32,000 nucleotides of DNA from Demequinaceae bacterium (GTDB taxonomy: Bacteria; Actinomycetota; Actinomycetes; Actinomycetales; Demequinaceae): the NCBI GenBank assembly GCA_965250005.1, contig OZ252279.1, positions 510,001 through 542,000 of the forward strand, written 5' to 3'. A program made the position numbers and the translations under genes. The notes beneath the pieces are model-generated. The model saw only the letters and a program-made list of their open reading frames with translations. It had not been told where the DNA came from and made no database searches. Each line of letters opens with the position of its first letter. Position 1 is the stretch's first letter. This document shows, piece after piece, positions 18,915 to 32,000 of this stretch.

Positions 18915-20104
18915 TACTTAGCGGCCGCCTGCAGCGCGGCCACGCGGTCGAGTCGCTCCCACGTGAAGTCCTCGAGTTCGCGGCCAAAGTGTCCGTACGC
19001 CGCGGTTTGGCGGAAGATTGGCCGGCGCAAGTTGAGGTCACGGATGATCGCGCCCGGGCGGAGGTCGAATACCTCGCCGATGGCAGCAACAATCTTCCCG
19101 GCCGCGACCGTCTCCGTACCAAACGTTTCAACGTAGAGACCGAGGGGGTGGGCCGTGCCAATCGCGTACGCCACCTGGACCTCACAGCGGTTGGCGAGGC
19201 CAGCGGCAACCACATTCTTTGCTACCCATCGCATTGCGTACGTCGCAGAGCGGTCGACCTTGGATGGATCCTTGCCTGAGAACGCGCCGCCGCCGTGGCG
19301 GGCCATTCCTCCATAAGTGTCCACGATGACCTTGCGACCGGTGAGCCCCGCGTCCGCCGCCGGACCTCCGAGCTCAAACCTGCCGGTGGGGTTGATGAGC
19401 GAGCGGTGACCCGCGGATTCAATGTCGAATTTGGCCAGAACGGGCTCGATGACCTCTGCCTCGATGCTGGCGCGAAGCTTTGCCATGTCCATGCCCTCGC
19501 GATGCTGGGTAGATACCACCACCGTCTCAACCTTGACTGGAGTATCCCCGTCGTACGCAACCGTCACTTGCGCCTTGCCGTCGGGTCGCAATCCGTCAAC
19601 TTCCTCGCGCTTGCGGACCTCAGCTAGCCGCTCGGTGAGCCGGTGCGCAAGTGAGATGGGCAACGGCATGAGTTCCGAGGTGTCGCGGCACGCGTAGCCA
19701 AACATCAGGCCTTGGTCTCCCGCGCCCAGGTTCTCCGGTAGCGCAGACTCGTCAACGCCTGTCTGGTCTGTGGCCTGGTCCACGCCAAGCGCGATGTCGG
19801 GCGACTGCTGGCCGATCGACACCGACACGCCACACGAATCGCCGTCAAACCCATAGCGAGACGAGGTGTAGCCAATATCGTTCACAACTTCGCGGATAAT
19901 GTGCGGGATCTCGACATACGCCTCAGTGGTGACCTCGCCCGCGACGTGCACGAGCCCAGTGGTCACCATGGTTTCGACGGCAACGCGCGACGACGGATCT
20001 TGCGCAAGCATCCCGTCCAGGATCGCGTCCGAGATTTGATCGCAAATCTTGTCAGGGTGTCCCTCGGTCACGGACTCGGAAGTGAAGAGGCGAAGGTCAG
20101 TCAT
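18914..20104 (-). CDS. metK: S-adenosylmethionine synthetase
   Basis: [54 protein letters not shown]. Confidence 0.98.
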   Translation of the reverse strand: MTDLRLFTSESVTEGHPDKICDQISDAILDGMLAQDPSSRVAVETMVTTGLVHVAGEVTTEAYVEIPHIIREVVNDIGYTSSRYGFDGDSCGVSVSIGQQSPDIALGVDQATDQTGVDESALPENLGAGDQGLMFGYACRDTSELMPLPISLAHRLTERLAEVRKREEVDGLRPDGKAQVTVAYDGDTPVKVETVVVSTQHREGMDMAKLRASIEAEVIEPVLAKFDIESAGHRSLINPTGRFELGGPAADAGLTGRKVIVDTYGGMARHGGGAFSGKDPSKVDRSATYAMRWVAKNVVAAGLANRCEVQVAYAIGTAHPLGLYVETFGTETVAAGKIVAAIGEVFDLRPGAIIRDLNLRRPIFRQTAAYGHFGRELEDFTWERLDRVAALQAAAK

Positions 20105-20110
20105 GGTGCC

Positions 20111-20116
20111 AGCGTA
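20111..20116 (-). promoter_or_regulatory. Candidate -10 (TACGCT) for leaderless metK
   Basis: TACGCT-GGCACC-ATG: 6 nt; no SD. Confidence 0.45.
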
Positions 20117-20132
20117 CCCAGTAGCCCTGACG

Positions 20133-21368
20133 CTACTTACGCAACGCCACGATCACATTCAGAATCGCGTGAGCGACCGCCAGTTTGGGCCCCGCAGCCG
20201 TGGCAACTGCGGCGCCGTCGGGCCCCAGCATCGTCACCTGATTCTCGACATCGCCAAACCCGTGGGACTCGCCCACCGGATTGAAACACAGCAAATCTGC
20301 GCCCTTGCGTTTGGCCTTCGCCACGCCGTGTTCGAGCGCCGACGCCGAGCCATCCCCCGTCTCGGCCGCGAACCCAACAATCGTCTGGCCTTTGCCTCGC
20401 GATTTCAGCAGCGAAGCGAGCACATCTTCTGTAGGCACTAGCTGGAGTGTCAGCGAAGCATCGCCGTCTTTCTTGATCTTGACGTCGCTGCGCTCGGCAG
20501 GGCGGAAATCTGCGACTGCCGCTGCCATGATCACCACGTCAACTTCCCTCGCAGCCTTCTTGGTCGCTTCGGCGAAATCCTCGCCAGTCGATACGTCAAT
20601 GCGGGCGATTTCCTGGTCGAGAGGCAACTCGACGTTGGCCGCCACGACCGTCACCCGCGCGCCGCGCTCATGGGCGGAATGCGCAAGCGCAAACCCTTGG
20701 TTGCCGCTAGAGCGGTTCCCCAGATACCTGACGGCATCCAGCGGTTCGCGTGTGCCCCCTGCGGTGACCAGGACGCTCGTCCCGTCGAGATCTCCCCACG
20801 AGATGTCGGCCGTCGAGACATGCGGTTCAGCCGGAATCCCCTCCCCCGCGGCAATCGAGTAGAGCGCCGCCACGATGTCGTCCGGCTCTGGCAGCCGCCC
20901 TAGTCCTGTGTCCGCGCCCGTAAGCCGACCAACTTCCGGGGGGATCACGTGCACACCGCGTTCCGTGAGCAAGGCCACGTTTGCGCGCGTGGCGGCGTTC
21001 TCCCACATTTCGGTGTGCATCGCGGGCGCAACAACCACGGGGGCGGCCGTCGCGAGGATAGCGTTGCCAAGCAGGTCGCGCGCCTGGCCGTGCGCCATCG
21101 ACGCCAAGAAGTCTGCGGTGGCAGGTGCGATCAGGACGATGTCGGCCTGCTGTCCAAGCCGGACGTGCTCGACATCAGGAACATTGTCGAAGGTCCCGGA
21201 CGTTGCAGATTGCCCGGAAAGTGCCTCCCACGTGGCTCGGCCGACAAACTCGAGCGAGGCGCGGGTGGGAACAACGCGAACACTGTGGCCGTCCTCACGC
21301 AGGCGTCGGAGCACGATGGCAACCTTGTAGGCCGCGATGCCGCCGGTGACGCCCAGGAGGACGCGCAT
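20133..21368 (-). CDS. coaBC: Bifunctional phosphopantothenoylcysteine decarboxylase / phosphopantothenate-cysteine ligase
   Basis: [29 protein letters not shown]; ligase [24 protein letters not shown]. Confidence 0.95.
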   Translation of the reverse strand: MRVLLGVTGGIAAYKVAIVLRRLREDGHSVRVVPTRASLEFVGRATWEALSGQSATSGTFDNVPDVEHVRLGQQADIVLIAPATADFLASMAHGQARDLLGNAILATAAPVVVAPAMHTEMWENAATRANVALLTERGVHVIPPEVGRLTGADTGLGRLPEPDDIVAALYSIAAGEGIPAEPHVSTADISWGDLDGTSVLVTAGGTREPLDAVRYLGNRSSGNQGFALAHSAHERGARVTVVAANVELPLDQEIARIDVSTGEDFAEATKKAAREVDVVIMAAAVADFRPAERSDVKIKKDGDASLTLQLVPTEDVLASLLKSRGKGQTIVGFAAETGDGSASALEHGVAKAKRKGADLLCFNPVGESHGFGDVENQVTMLGPDGAAVATAAGPKLAVAHAILNVIVALRK

Positions 21369-21370
21369 GG

Positions 21371-21637
21371 CTACTCGTTCAGGTCGGTGAGCGCGAGCAG
21401 GTTGCCCTCGTTAAGCTCGCGGAGCGCAACGCTAAGCGCCTTGTCGGTCGAGTCGGCCTCGACGAGCGGGCCCACGTTCTCGAAGTGACCCTCTCCCAAC
21501 GCCTCGTAGTACGAGTTGATCTGGCGCGCACGCTTGGAACTGTAGATCACCAGGGCATACTTGGAATCTACCTTGGCAAGGAGTTCGTCAATGGGCGGAT
21601 TGGTGATGCCCTCGGGGTTTGCGATTGTTCCGGCCAC
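21371..21637 (-). CDS. rpoZ: DNA-directed RNA polymerase omega subunit
   Basis: [35 protein letters not shown]...ALRELNEG; GTG start at 21635-21637 with SD GGAG at 21643-21646. Confidence 0.94.
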   Translation of the reverse strand: MAGTIANPEGITNPPIDELLAKVDSKYALVIYSSKRARQINSYYEALGEGHFENVGPLVEADSTDKALSVALRELNEGNLLALTDLNE

Positions 21638-21655
21638 GTCAACTCCACGTTTTGG

Positions 21656-21676
21656 TCCGCGGGACAGCCCCGCGGA
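21656..21676 (-). other. Perfect 8-bp GC-rich hairpin in the rpoZ leader
   Basis: Minus strand UCCGCGGG-GCUGU-CCCGCGGA (arms 21676-21669 and 21663-21656), no following U-tract (CCAAAACG). Confidence 0.7.
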
Positions 21677-21686
21677 AGCGGCCCTC

Positions 21687-21692
21687 AGTCTA
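21687..21692 (-). promoter_or_regulatory. Candidate -10 (TAGACT) for rpoZ, overlapping gmk stop codon
   Basis: GGGTAGACTGAGGGC; TAG is the gmk stop; places +1 near 21680, just ahead of a strong hairpin. Confidence 0.4.
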
Positions 21693-22244
21693 CCCGTCGC
21701 TGCGCAATAGTGCGTTCACGTGGCTCACACACGCGTCGAGCGAGTCGTTGATGACGATGTGCTCGAATTCTCCCGAGGCATCCATCTCGCGTCGCGCCGT
21801 CTCGAGCCTTTGGGACTGCTCCGCCCGATCCTCCGTGGCCCGACCCTCGAGGCGGCGCACCAACTCGTGCCACGATGGCGGCTCCACGAATACGAACATC
21901 GCCTCTGGCATGGCCTCGCGGACCTGGCGGGCGCCTTGCAGGTCTATCTCAAGAATGCACGGTGTACCCTCAGCAACGCGTTCCTCTACGGGTCCGCGCG
22001 GCGTCCCGTAGCGATGCCTGCCGTGGACGGTGGCCCACTCGAGCAGTTCGTCGTCTTCGATCATGCTCTCGAACGCCTCGGCTGTGACAAAGAAGTAGTC
22101 CTCGCCCTCGATTTCGCCGGGGCGCGCCGAACGCGTTGTTGCGGAGACGGATATCCATACATCCGGGTATCTCTCCACGAGTCTGCGCACAATGGTGCCC
22201 TTGCCCACGGCTGTCGGACCCACGAGTACCATCAATTTGCTCAT
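21690..22244 (-). CDS. gmk: Guanylate kinase
   Basis: [44 protein letters not shown]. Confidence 0.96.
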   Translation of the reverse strand: MSKLMVLVGPTAVGKGTIVRRLVERYPDVWISVSATTRSARPGEIEGEDYFFVTAEAFESMIEDDELLEWATVHGRHRYGTPRGPVEERVAEGTPCILEIDLQGARQVREAMPEAMFVFVEPPSWHELVRRLEGRATEDRAEQSQRLETARREMDASGEFEHIVINDSLDACVSHVNALLRSDG

Positions 22245-22254
22245 CGCCGGATCC

Positions 22255-22575
22255 TCACGTGCCCAACCGCGTCAGCAGGGTAGAAACTTGATTCTCGCCA
22301 AGCCCGCGCACACGGCGCGACTCCGCGATGCCGACCTGCGTCATGATCTCTCGCGCTCGCGTGGGCCCGACGCCAGGGAGGCACTGCAGCAGGTGGACCA
22401 CGCGGATGCCAGCGAGGGCCGGGTCCTCCTTCGCAAGGACGAGGGCGGTGCCGAATCCTACCTCCCCATTCGCAACCGAATCCTTGAACTTTCTGCGTGC
22501 CATGCGTACTGCTGTGGCCTTCACGAGGGCAGCCGCGCGCTGCTCGGGCGTGAGTTGGGGCGCGGTCGAAGCCAT
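22255..22575 (-). CDS. mihF: Actinobacterial integration host factor (mIHF)
   Basis: PQLTPEQRAAALVKATAVRMARRKFKDSVANGEV...VVHLLQCLPGVGPTRAREIMTQVGIAESRRVRGLGENQ. Confidence 0.93.
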   Translation of the reverse strand: MASTAPQLTPEQRAAALVKATAVRMARRKFKDSVANGEVGFGTALVLAKEDPALAGIRVVHLLQCLPGVGPTRAREIMTQVGIAESRRVRGLGENQVSTLLTRLGT

Positions 22576-22577
22576 GA

Positions 22578-23423
22578 TCAGGACCCCCGCAGCGCCTGGC
22601 GCGCCTGGTCGGCAGCATGCCTGACAGCGTCACGAAGCTTCTCACCGAACGGGCCATGCTGAAGGACGCCGCGGCTCTGATGCGCCAGCACCTGGCCCCG
22701 TGCGGCCCCAAAGACATCCGCTAGTTCCGTTGCGCCCGCCCCCTGCGCGCCCACACCGGGTGCCAGCAGCGGTCCATTGACCGCAGCGAGCGGCACCGAT
22801 AGTGCCCGCGCGGCGTCGCCAGTCGTGGCGCCCACAACGAGCCCAATGTCGCCCATCGGCTCGGCTCCAGCGTTGATCTCAGCTGCCTTCGTCGCGATTG
22901 CGGCGGAAACCGCTACGCCGTCCGCGTCGCGCGCGTGTTGAACGCTAGCGCCCTCGGGGTTTGACGTCAGGCAGAGCACAAACACGCCCTTGCCGTGTTG
23001 GGCAGCAAGATCGAGCGCGGGCTGCAGGGCACCGAAGCCAAGATAGGGCGAGACGGTGAGCGCATGGGCTTCGAGGGGGGCTCCCGGTCGCAGGAACGCG
23101 TCGGCGTACCCGGACATGGTGGAGCCGATGTCGCCGCGCTTGGCGTCCATGATGGTCAGGATGCCGCGTCCGCGCGCAGCCTCAAGAACCTGCTCGAGCG
23201 CCGAGAAGCCGCGCGCGCCGTGGCGCTCGAAGAACGCGATCTGAAACTTCACCACCGCCACTTCTTGATCACACGCGTCTATGACACTCTGCCCGAACTG
23301 AAGCAGGCCCTCCGCGGAGTCGGGAATACCCCACATGGCCAGCATCTCTGGTGACGGGTCTACCCCGACAGACAGCGGACCGTACTTGTCCATCGCGACC
23401 GCGAGGTCGGCGCCGAATCCCAT
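22578..23423 (-). CDS. pyrF: Orotidine 5'-phosphate decarboxylase (type 2)
   Basis: LSVGVDPSPEML, VKFQIAFFERHG, TIMDAKRGDIGSTM, LAPGVGAQGA. Confidence 0.95.
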   Translation of the reverse strand: MGFGADLAVAMDKYGPLSVGVDPSPEMLAMWGIPDSAEGLLQFGQSVIDACDQEVAVVKFQIAFFERHGARGFSALEQVLEAARGRGILTIMDAKRGDIGSTMSGYADAFLRPGAPLEAHALTVSPYLGFGALQPALDLAAQHGKGVFVLCLTSNPEGASVQHARDADGVAVSAAIATKAAEINAGAEPMGDIGLVVGATTGDAARALSVPLAAVNGPLLAPGVGAQGAGATELADVFGAARGQVLAHQSRGVLQHGPFGEKLRDAVRHAADQARQALRGS

Positions 23424-23431
23424 CAGGCCCC

Positions 23432-26721
<3,290 letters not shown>

Positions 26722-26722
<1 letters not shown>

Positions 26723-27867
26723 CAGCGACCACCTGCCGGGATCTTGCCCATGACCTCGAGGAACCGGTCAAACAGGTAGGCGGCATCGTGCGGACCCGCC
26801 GCGGCCTCCGGGTGGTACTGAACGCTGAACGCCGGGATGTCGAGACATTCGAGCCCCTCCACGACGTCGTCGTTGAGGCAGACGTGACTCACTCGCACCT
26901 TTCCATATTCTCCGCGAGGCGCCACGGTCTCGCCGTCAAGTGGCACATCGACCGCGAACCCATGATTGTGGGCCGTGATTTCCACCTTGCCGGTGGTGCG
27001 GTCCATCACGGGCTGGTTGATGCCGCGGTGACCGAACTGAAGCTTGTACGTGCCGAAGCCGAGCGCCCGCCCAAGCAGCTGGTTGCCGTAGCAGATGCCA
27101 AAGAACGGCACCTTGGCGTCGAGCACCGCCCGGAGCGTATCGACGGCTTGAGTCGCGGCGCCGGGGTCGCCGGGGCCGTTGCTATAGAACACGCCGTCGG
27201 GCTTGCGCTCCAGGATGTCTGCGGCAGAGGTGCTCGACGGCACCACCGTGACGTCGATGCCGCGCCCGGCCATCATCTCGGGCGTCATGGACTTAATCCC
27301 GAGGTCCACGGCCACCACCGTCGCGACGGTCGGCGTGCCCGCGGGCGGAGAGACCACGTAGGCCTCGCTCACCGAGACCGCATCTGCAAGGTGGGCTCCC
27401 GCCATCTGATCGCTGGCCTTGACCGTCGCGAGCATCTCTGCGTTAGTCCCGAGCGCGCCGCCAGAAAATATCCCGGCTCGCATCACGCCAGCGCTACGCA
27501 GGATGCGCGTCAACTGCCGCGTGTCGATCCCCGAAATCCCGACGATGCCGCCCTCGACCAAGTCATCCACGAGCGTCCGCTCGGAGCGCCAGTTGGATGC
27601 ACGCCGCGCGGGGTCGCGCACCACGTAGCCCGCTACCCATATCTTGCGGGACTCGGTGTCCTCCGAGTTCATACCCGTATTGCCGATATGCGGCGCCGTC
27701 ATCACCACAATCTGGTGGTGATACGACGGGTCCGTGAGCGTCTCCTGGTAGCCGGTCATACCGGTGTTGAAAACGGCCTCGCCCGTGGTTTGCCCTTCGG
27801 CTCCAAAGGCCTGACCCTCGAACGTCGTGCCGTCCTCGAGGACTAGCACTGCGCGCGTATTCGTCAC
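26722..27867 (-). CDS. carA: Carbamoyl-phosphate synthase small subunit
   Basis: [48 protein letters not shown] glutaminase motif. Confidence 0.97.
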
Positions 27868-29158
27868 TTCTCTCCTTCTGGCGCCTCAAGCGCATATGTC
27901 TGCTTGCCACGCAGGAACGTCGCGACGACGCGCCCGGGCAACTTGACTCCACCGTACGGCGAATTGTTCGACCGGCTCAACGTCTTTGCCGGCTCGACGG
28001 TCCACGCGCGAGCAGGGTCGTAGAGGGTCACGTTTGCCGGCTCTCCTGGCTTGAGTTCACGGCCGTGTGCGTCGTCCCGCGCGATGGCCGCTGGATTCTC
28101 TGACATCGCTCGCGCAACGTCGCGCCATGTCATCGCTCCAGGCGCGACCATCGTCTTGTGCACGATGCTGAGTGCGGTTTCGAGGCCGATCATCCCCATC
28201 GCGGCGGCCGCCCACTCGCAGTCCTTGTCTTCGTCTGGGTGAGGCGCGTGGTCGGTAGCGACGATGTCGATGGTGCCGTCCGCGAGGCCCGCGCGCACCG
28301 CGTCCACGTCTTGTTGTGTCCGCAGCGGTGGGTTCACTTTGAAGCGCGGGTCGTATCCCCGAACGCTCTCGTCTGTGAGGAGCAGGTGGTGCGGCATGGC
28401 CTCGGCGGTCACGTTGATGCCGCGACCCTTCGCCCAGCGGACAATTTCGACCGAGCCTGCCGTCGACAGGTGGCAGATGTGAACTCGAGATCCGACGTGC
28501 CCGGCGAGCAGCACATCGCGAGCGACGATGCTCTCTTCCGCGGCAGCAGGCCAGCCTCCAAGTCCGAGCTCGGCAGAGACCACGCCCTCGTGCATCTGCG
28601 CGCCCTCGGTGAGCAGCGGGTCCTGCGCGTGCTGCGCTACCACGCCGTCGAACGTCTTCACGTACTCGAGCGCACGGCGCATGAGCACGGGGTTATCGAC
28701 GCAGTTGCCGTCGTCGCTGAAAATACGCACCTTCGCACGCGACAGCGCCATCGCCCCGAGCTCCGCAAGTCGCTCACCGCCGAGACCAACGGTGACTGCC
28801 CCTACGGGATACACGTCGACGAGGCCAACTTCTTGGCCGCGGTGCCACACCTGTTCGACAACCCCGGCGGTGTCAGCTACGGGGTCGGTATTTGCCATCG
28901 CGTGCACCGCGGTGAAGCCGCCAGCTGCCGCGCTCCGAGACCCAGATTCGATCGTCTCTGCATCCTCGCGACCCGGCTCGCGCAGGTGCGTGTGCATGTC
29001 CACCAGGCCCGGGAGGGCAATCATTCCCGCGCCGTCGAGAACCGTCGCGCCGGTGGGCGCGTCAGCCATGTCGAGCGACAGAATCTTGCCGTCGACAAGA
29101 ACCAGGTCGCCGTGCGTCTCGCCGTACAGCGATACGCCCTTGAGTACCGTCGCCGTCG

Positions 29159-29162
<4 letters not shown>
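27864..29162 (-). CDS. pyrC: Dihydroorotase
   Basis: [43 protein letters not shown]. Confidence 0.97.
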
Positions 29163-30703
<1,541 letters not shown>

Positions 30704-30717
30704 ATGTCTATCGACCG

Positions 30718-31164
30718 TCACTCTACCGGAGCGTCGGCCCCCGGCTTGACGTCCGCGCCGTCAGGCTCGAGGCCCGCGATCGCGCCAAGCACGCCGTTCA
30801 GATAGCCGGGCGAATCGTCCGTGCTCAGTGCGGCGGCGAGCTCAATGGCCTCGGAAACGGCCACAGCCGCGGGGACGTCGTCGTTCCACCGGATTTCCCA
30901 CGTGGCAATGCGCGCGAGTGCGCGGTCGACGGCGGGCATCCGGTCGACGGACCGCGACAGAGACGCCGGCGCAAGGATCGCCTCAATCTCGGCCCAGTGC
31001 GCGGTAATGCCACGCACGATGCTCTTGGAATACTCGGGCAGAGCGGTCTGGGCGCCGGAATCCTTCAACCGTTCCTCGAGCACGGTGAGAACGTTTGCTC
31101 GGCGCTGGTCGGCTTCGAACAGCACGTCTAATGCGCGCTTGCGAGCCTTGGTGCGAGCGGCCAC
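30718..31164 (-). CDS. nusB: Transcription antitermination factor NusB
   Basis: ARKRALDVLFEADQR, NGVLGAIA; GTG start overlapping efp TAG stop (TAGTG). Confidence 0.93.
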   Translation of the reverse strand: MAARTKARKRALDVLFEADQRRANVLTVLEERLKDSGAQTALPEYSKSIVRGITAHWAEIEAILAPASLSRSVDRMPAVDRALARIATWEIRWNDDVPAAVAVSEAIELAAALSTDDSPGYLNGVLGAIAGLEPDGADVKPGADAPVE

Positions 31165-31727
31165 TAGTCGTTGACGCGCGAGACGTAGTCGCCGTTGCGA
31201 GTGTCCACCTTGACCTTGTTGCCTTCTTCGACGAAGAGCGGCACGTGGATCTCCAGGCCCGTCTCTACTGTCGCGGGCTTGGTGCCGCCGGAAGAGCGGT
31301 CGCCCTGAAGCCCGGGCTCCGTGTACGTCACTGTGAGAACGACGGACGCCGCAAGCTCGATGAAGATCGGATTGCCGTTGTGTAGGCCGAGGACCACGTT
31401 CGAGTTCTCTAGAAGGAAGTTCTTCGCGTCGCCCATAATCTCGGGCGTAACGGTGGTCTGCTCAAAACCTTCTGGGTCCATGAAGATGTAGTCCGTACCG
31501 TCGTTGTAGAGGTACTGCATGGTGCGCCGGTCCACGGTCTCGAACTCCACCTTCGCGCCCGCGTTGAACGTCTTGTCGACAACTTTGCCCGAGAGCACAT
31601 TCTTCATCTTGGTGCGTACGAACGCGCCACCCTTGCCGGGCTTGACGTGCTGAAAGCCGATGACGGACCACAACTGTCCGTCGAGGTTGAGCACGGAGCC
31701 GTTCTTGATGTCGTTCGAGGAAGCCAC
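31164..31727 (-). CDS. efp: Elongation factor P
   Basis: [53 protein letters not shown]; start re-set to GTG at 31725-31727 (ACAAGGACATCTC-GTG) instead of the longer ORF beginning TTG at 31760. Confidence 0.96.
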   Translation of the reverse strand: MASSNDIKNGSVLNLDGQLWSVIGFQHVKPGKGGAFVRTKMKNVLSGKVVDKTFNAGAKVEFETVDRRTMQYLYNDGTDYIFMDPEGFEQTTVTPEIMGDAKNFLLENSNVVLGLHNGNPIFIELAASVVLTVTYTEPGLQGDRSSGGTKPATVETGLEIHVPLFVEEGNKVKVDTRNGDYVSRVND

Positions 31728-31778
31728 GAGATGTCCTTGTTTGTCGATGAATGCGCTCAAGGCGCGGGACCGGGGGCA

Positions 31779-31784
31779 AGTCTA
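31779..31784 (-). promoter_or_regulatory. Candidate -10 element (TAGACT) for the efp-nusB-pyr transcript
   Basis: CGTTAGACTTGC, about 50 nt upstream of the efp GTG; no convincing -35. Confidence 0.45.
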
Positions 31785-31842
31785 ACGGACGGGGCGTGGA
31801 ACCAGGCTCGGCCTATGCTTCCCGCGGTGCCGTGGCCCGGGG

Positions 31843-32000
31843 TCAGCTACCGAGACGGGCCGCGACAGCCTCGAGAGCGAGCCGGTACCCGTCGATCCCG
31901 AAGCCAGCGATCATTCCCGTTGCGACACCGGAGACGACGCTCGTGTGACGGAACTCCTCGCGCGCATGCACGTTGGTGATGTGCACTTCGACCAGGGCGA
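31843..32000 (-). CDS. aroQ: 3-dehydroquinate dehydratase type II, C-terminal part (truncated by window end)
   Basis: Reverse strand reads [51 protein letters not shown]; not in the ORF track because the start lies outside the window. Confidence 0.88.
   Translation of the reverse strand, partial: ALVEVHITNVHAREEFRHTSVVSGVATGMIAGFGIDGYRLALEAVAARLGS

Noticed and set aside
26788-27846. 352-aa ORF on the plus strand opposite carA
   Set aside because: Mirrors an unambiguous carA reading frame; composition (Arg/His/Gly/Val rich, no domain motifs) is typical of antisense open frames in high-GC DNA.

Overview
High-GC actinobacterial housekeeping segment. Apart from rbpA at the left edge, every supportable gene lies on the minus strand. 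Transcription runs right to left: aroQ (partial) - efp - nusB - pyrR - pyrB - pyrC - carA - carB - pyrF - mihF - gmk - rpoZ - coaBC - metK - priA - fmt - rsmB - rpe - ribD - ribE - ribBA - ribH - hisE - hisG - pafB - pafC - tatA - tatC - lipid kinase - helY-like helicase - lnt - ppm. I found no mobile element, CRISPR array, tRNA/rRNA, phage or defence island, and no good candidate for an undescribed protein system. The signals worth following up are regulatory. (1) A textbook PyrR-binding hairpin sits in the 54-nt nusB-pyrR gap, with the pyrR Shine-Dalgarno partly sequestered, which suggests translational autoregulation. (2) Six genes inside the gene string (lnt, helY, hisE, rpe, fmt, metK) lack a Shine-Dalgarno and have a TANNNT -10-like hexamer ending exactly 6-7 nt before the start codon, consistent with internal leaderless promoters. 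(3) In three cases the upstream gene's TAG stop codon forms the first three bases of the -10 hexamer. (4) A predicted rpoZ transcript begins almost directly with an 8-bp perfect GC-rich hairpin. (5) PriA has lost recognisable Walker A/DEAH helicase motifs. All functional statements come from reading the sequence and family knowledge; no searches were run.
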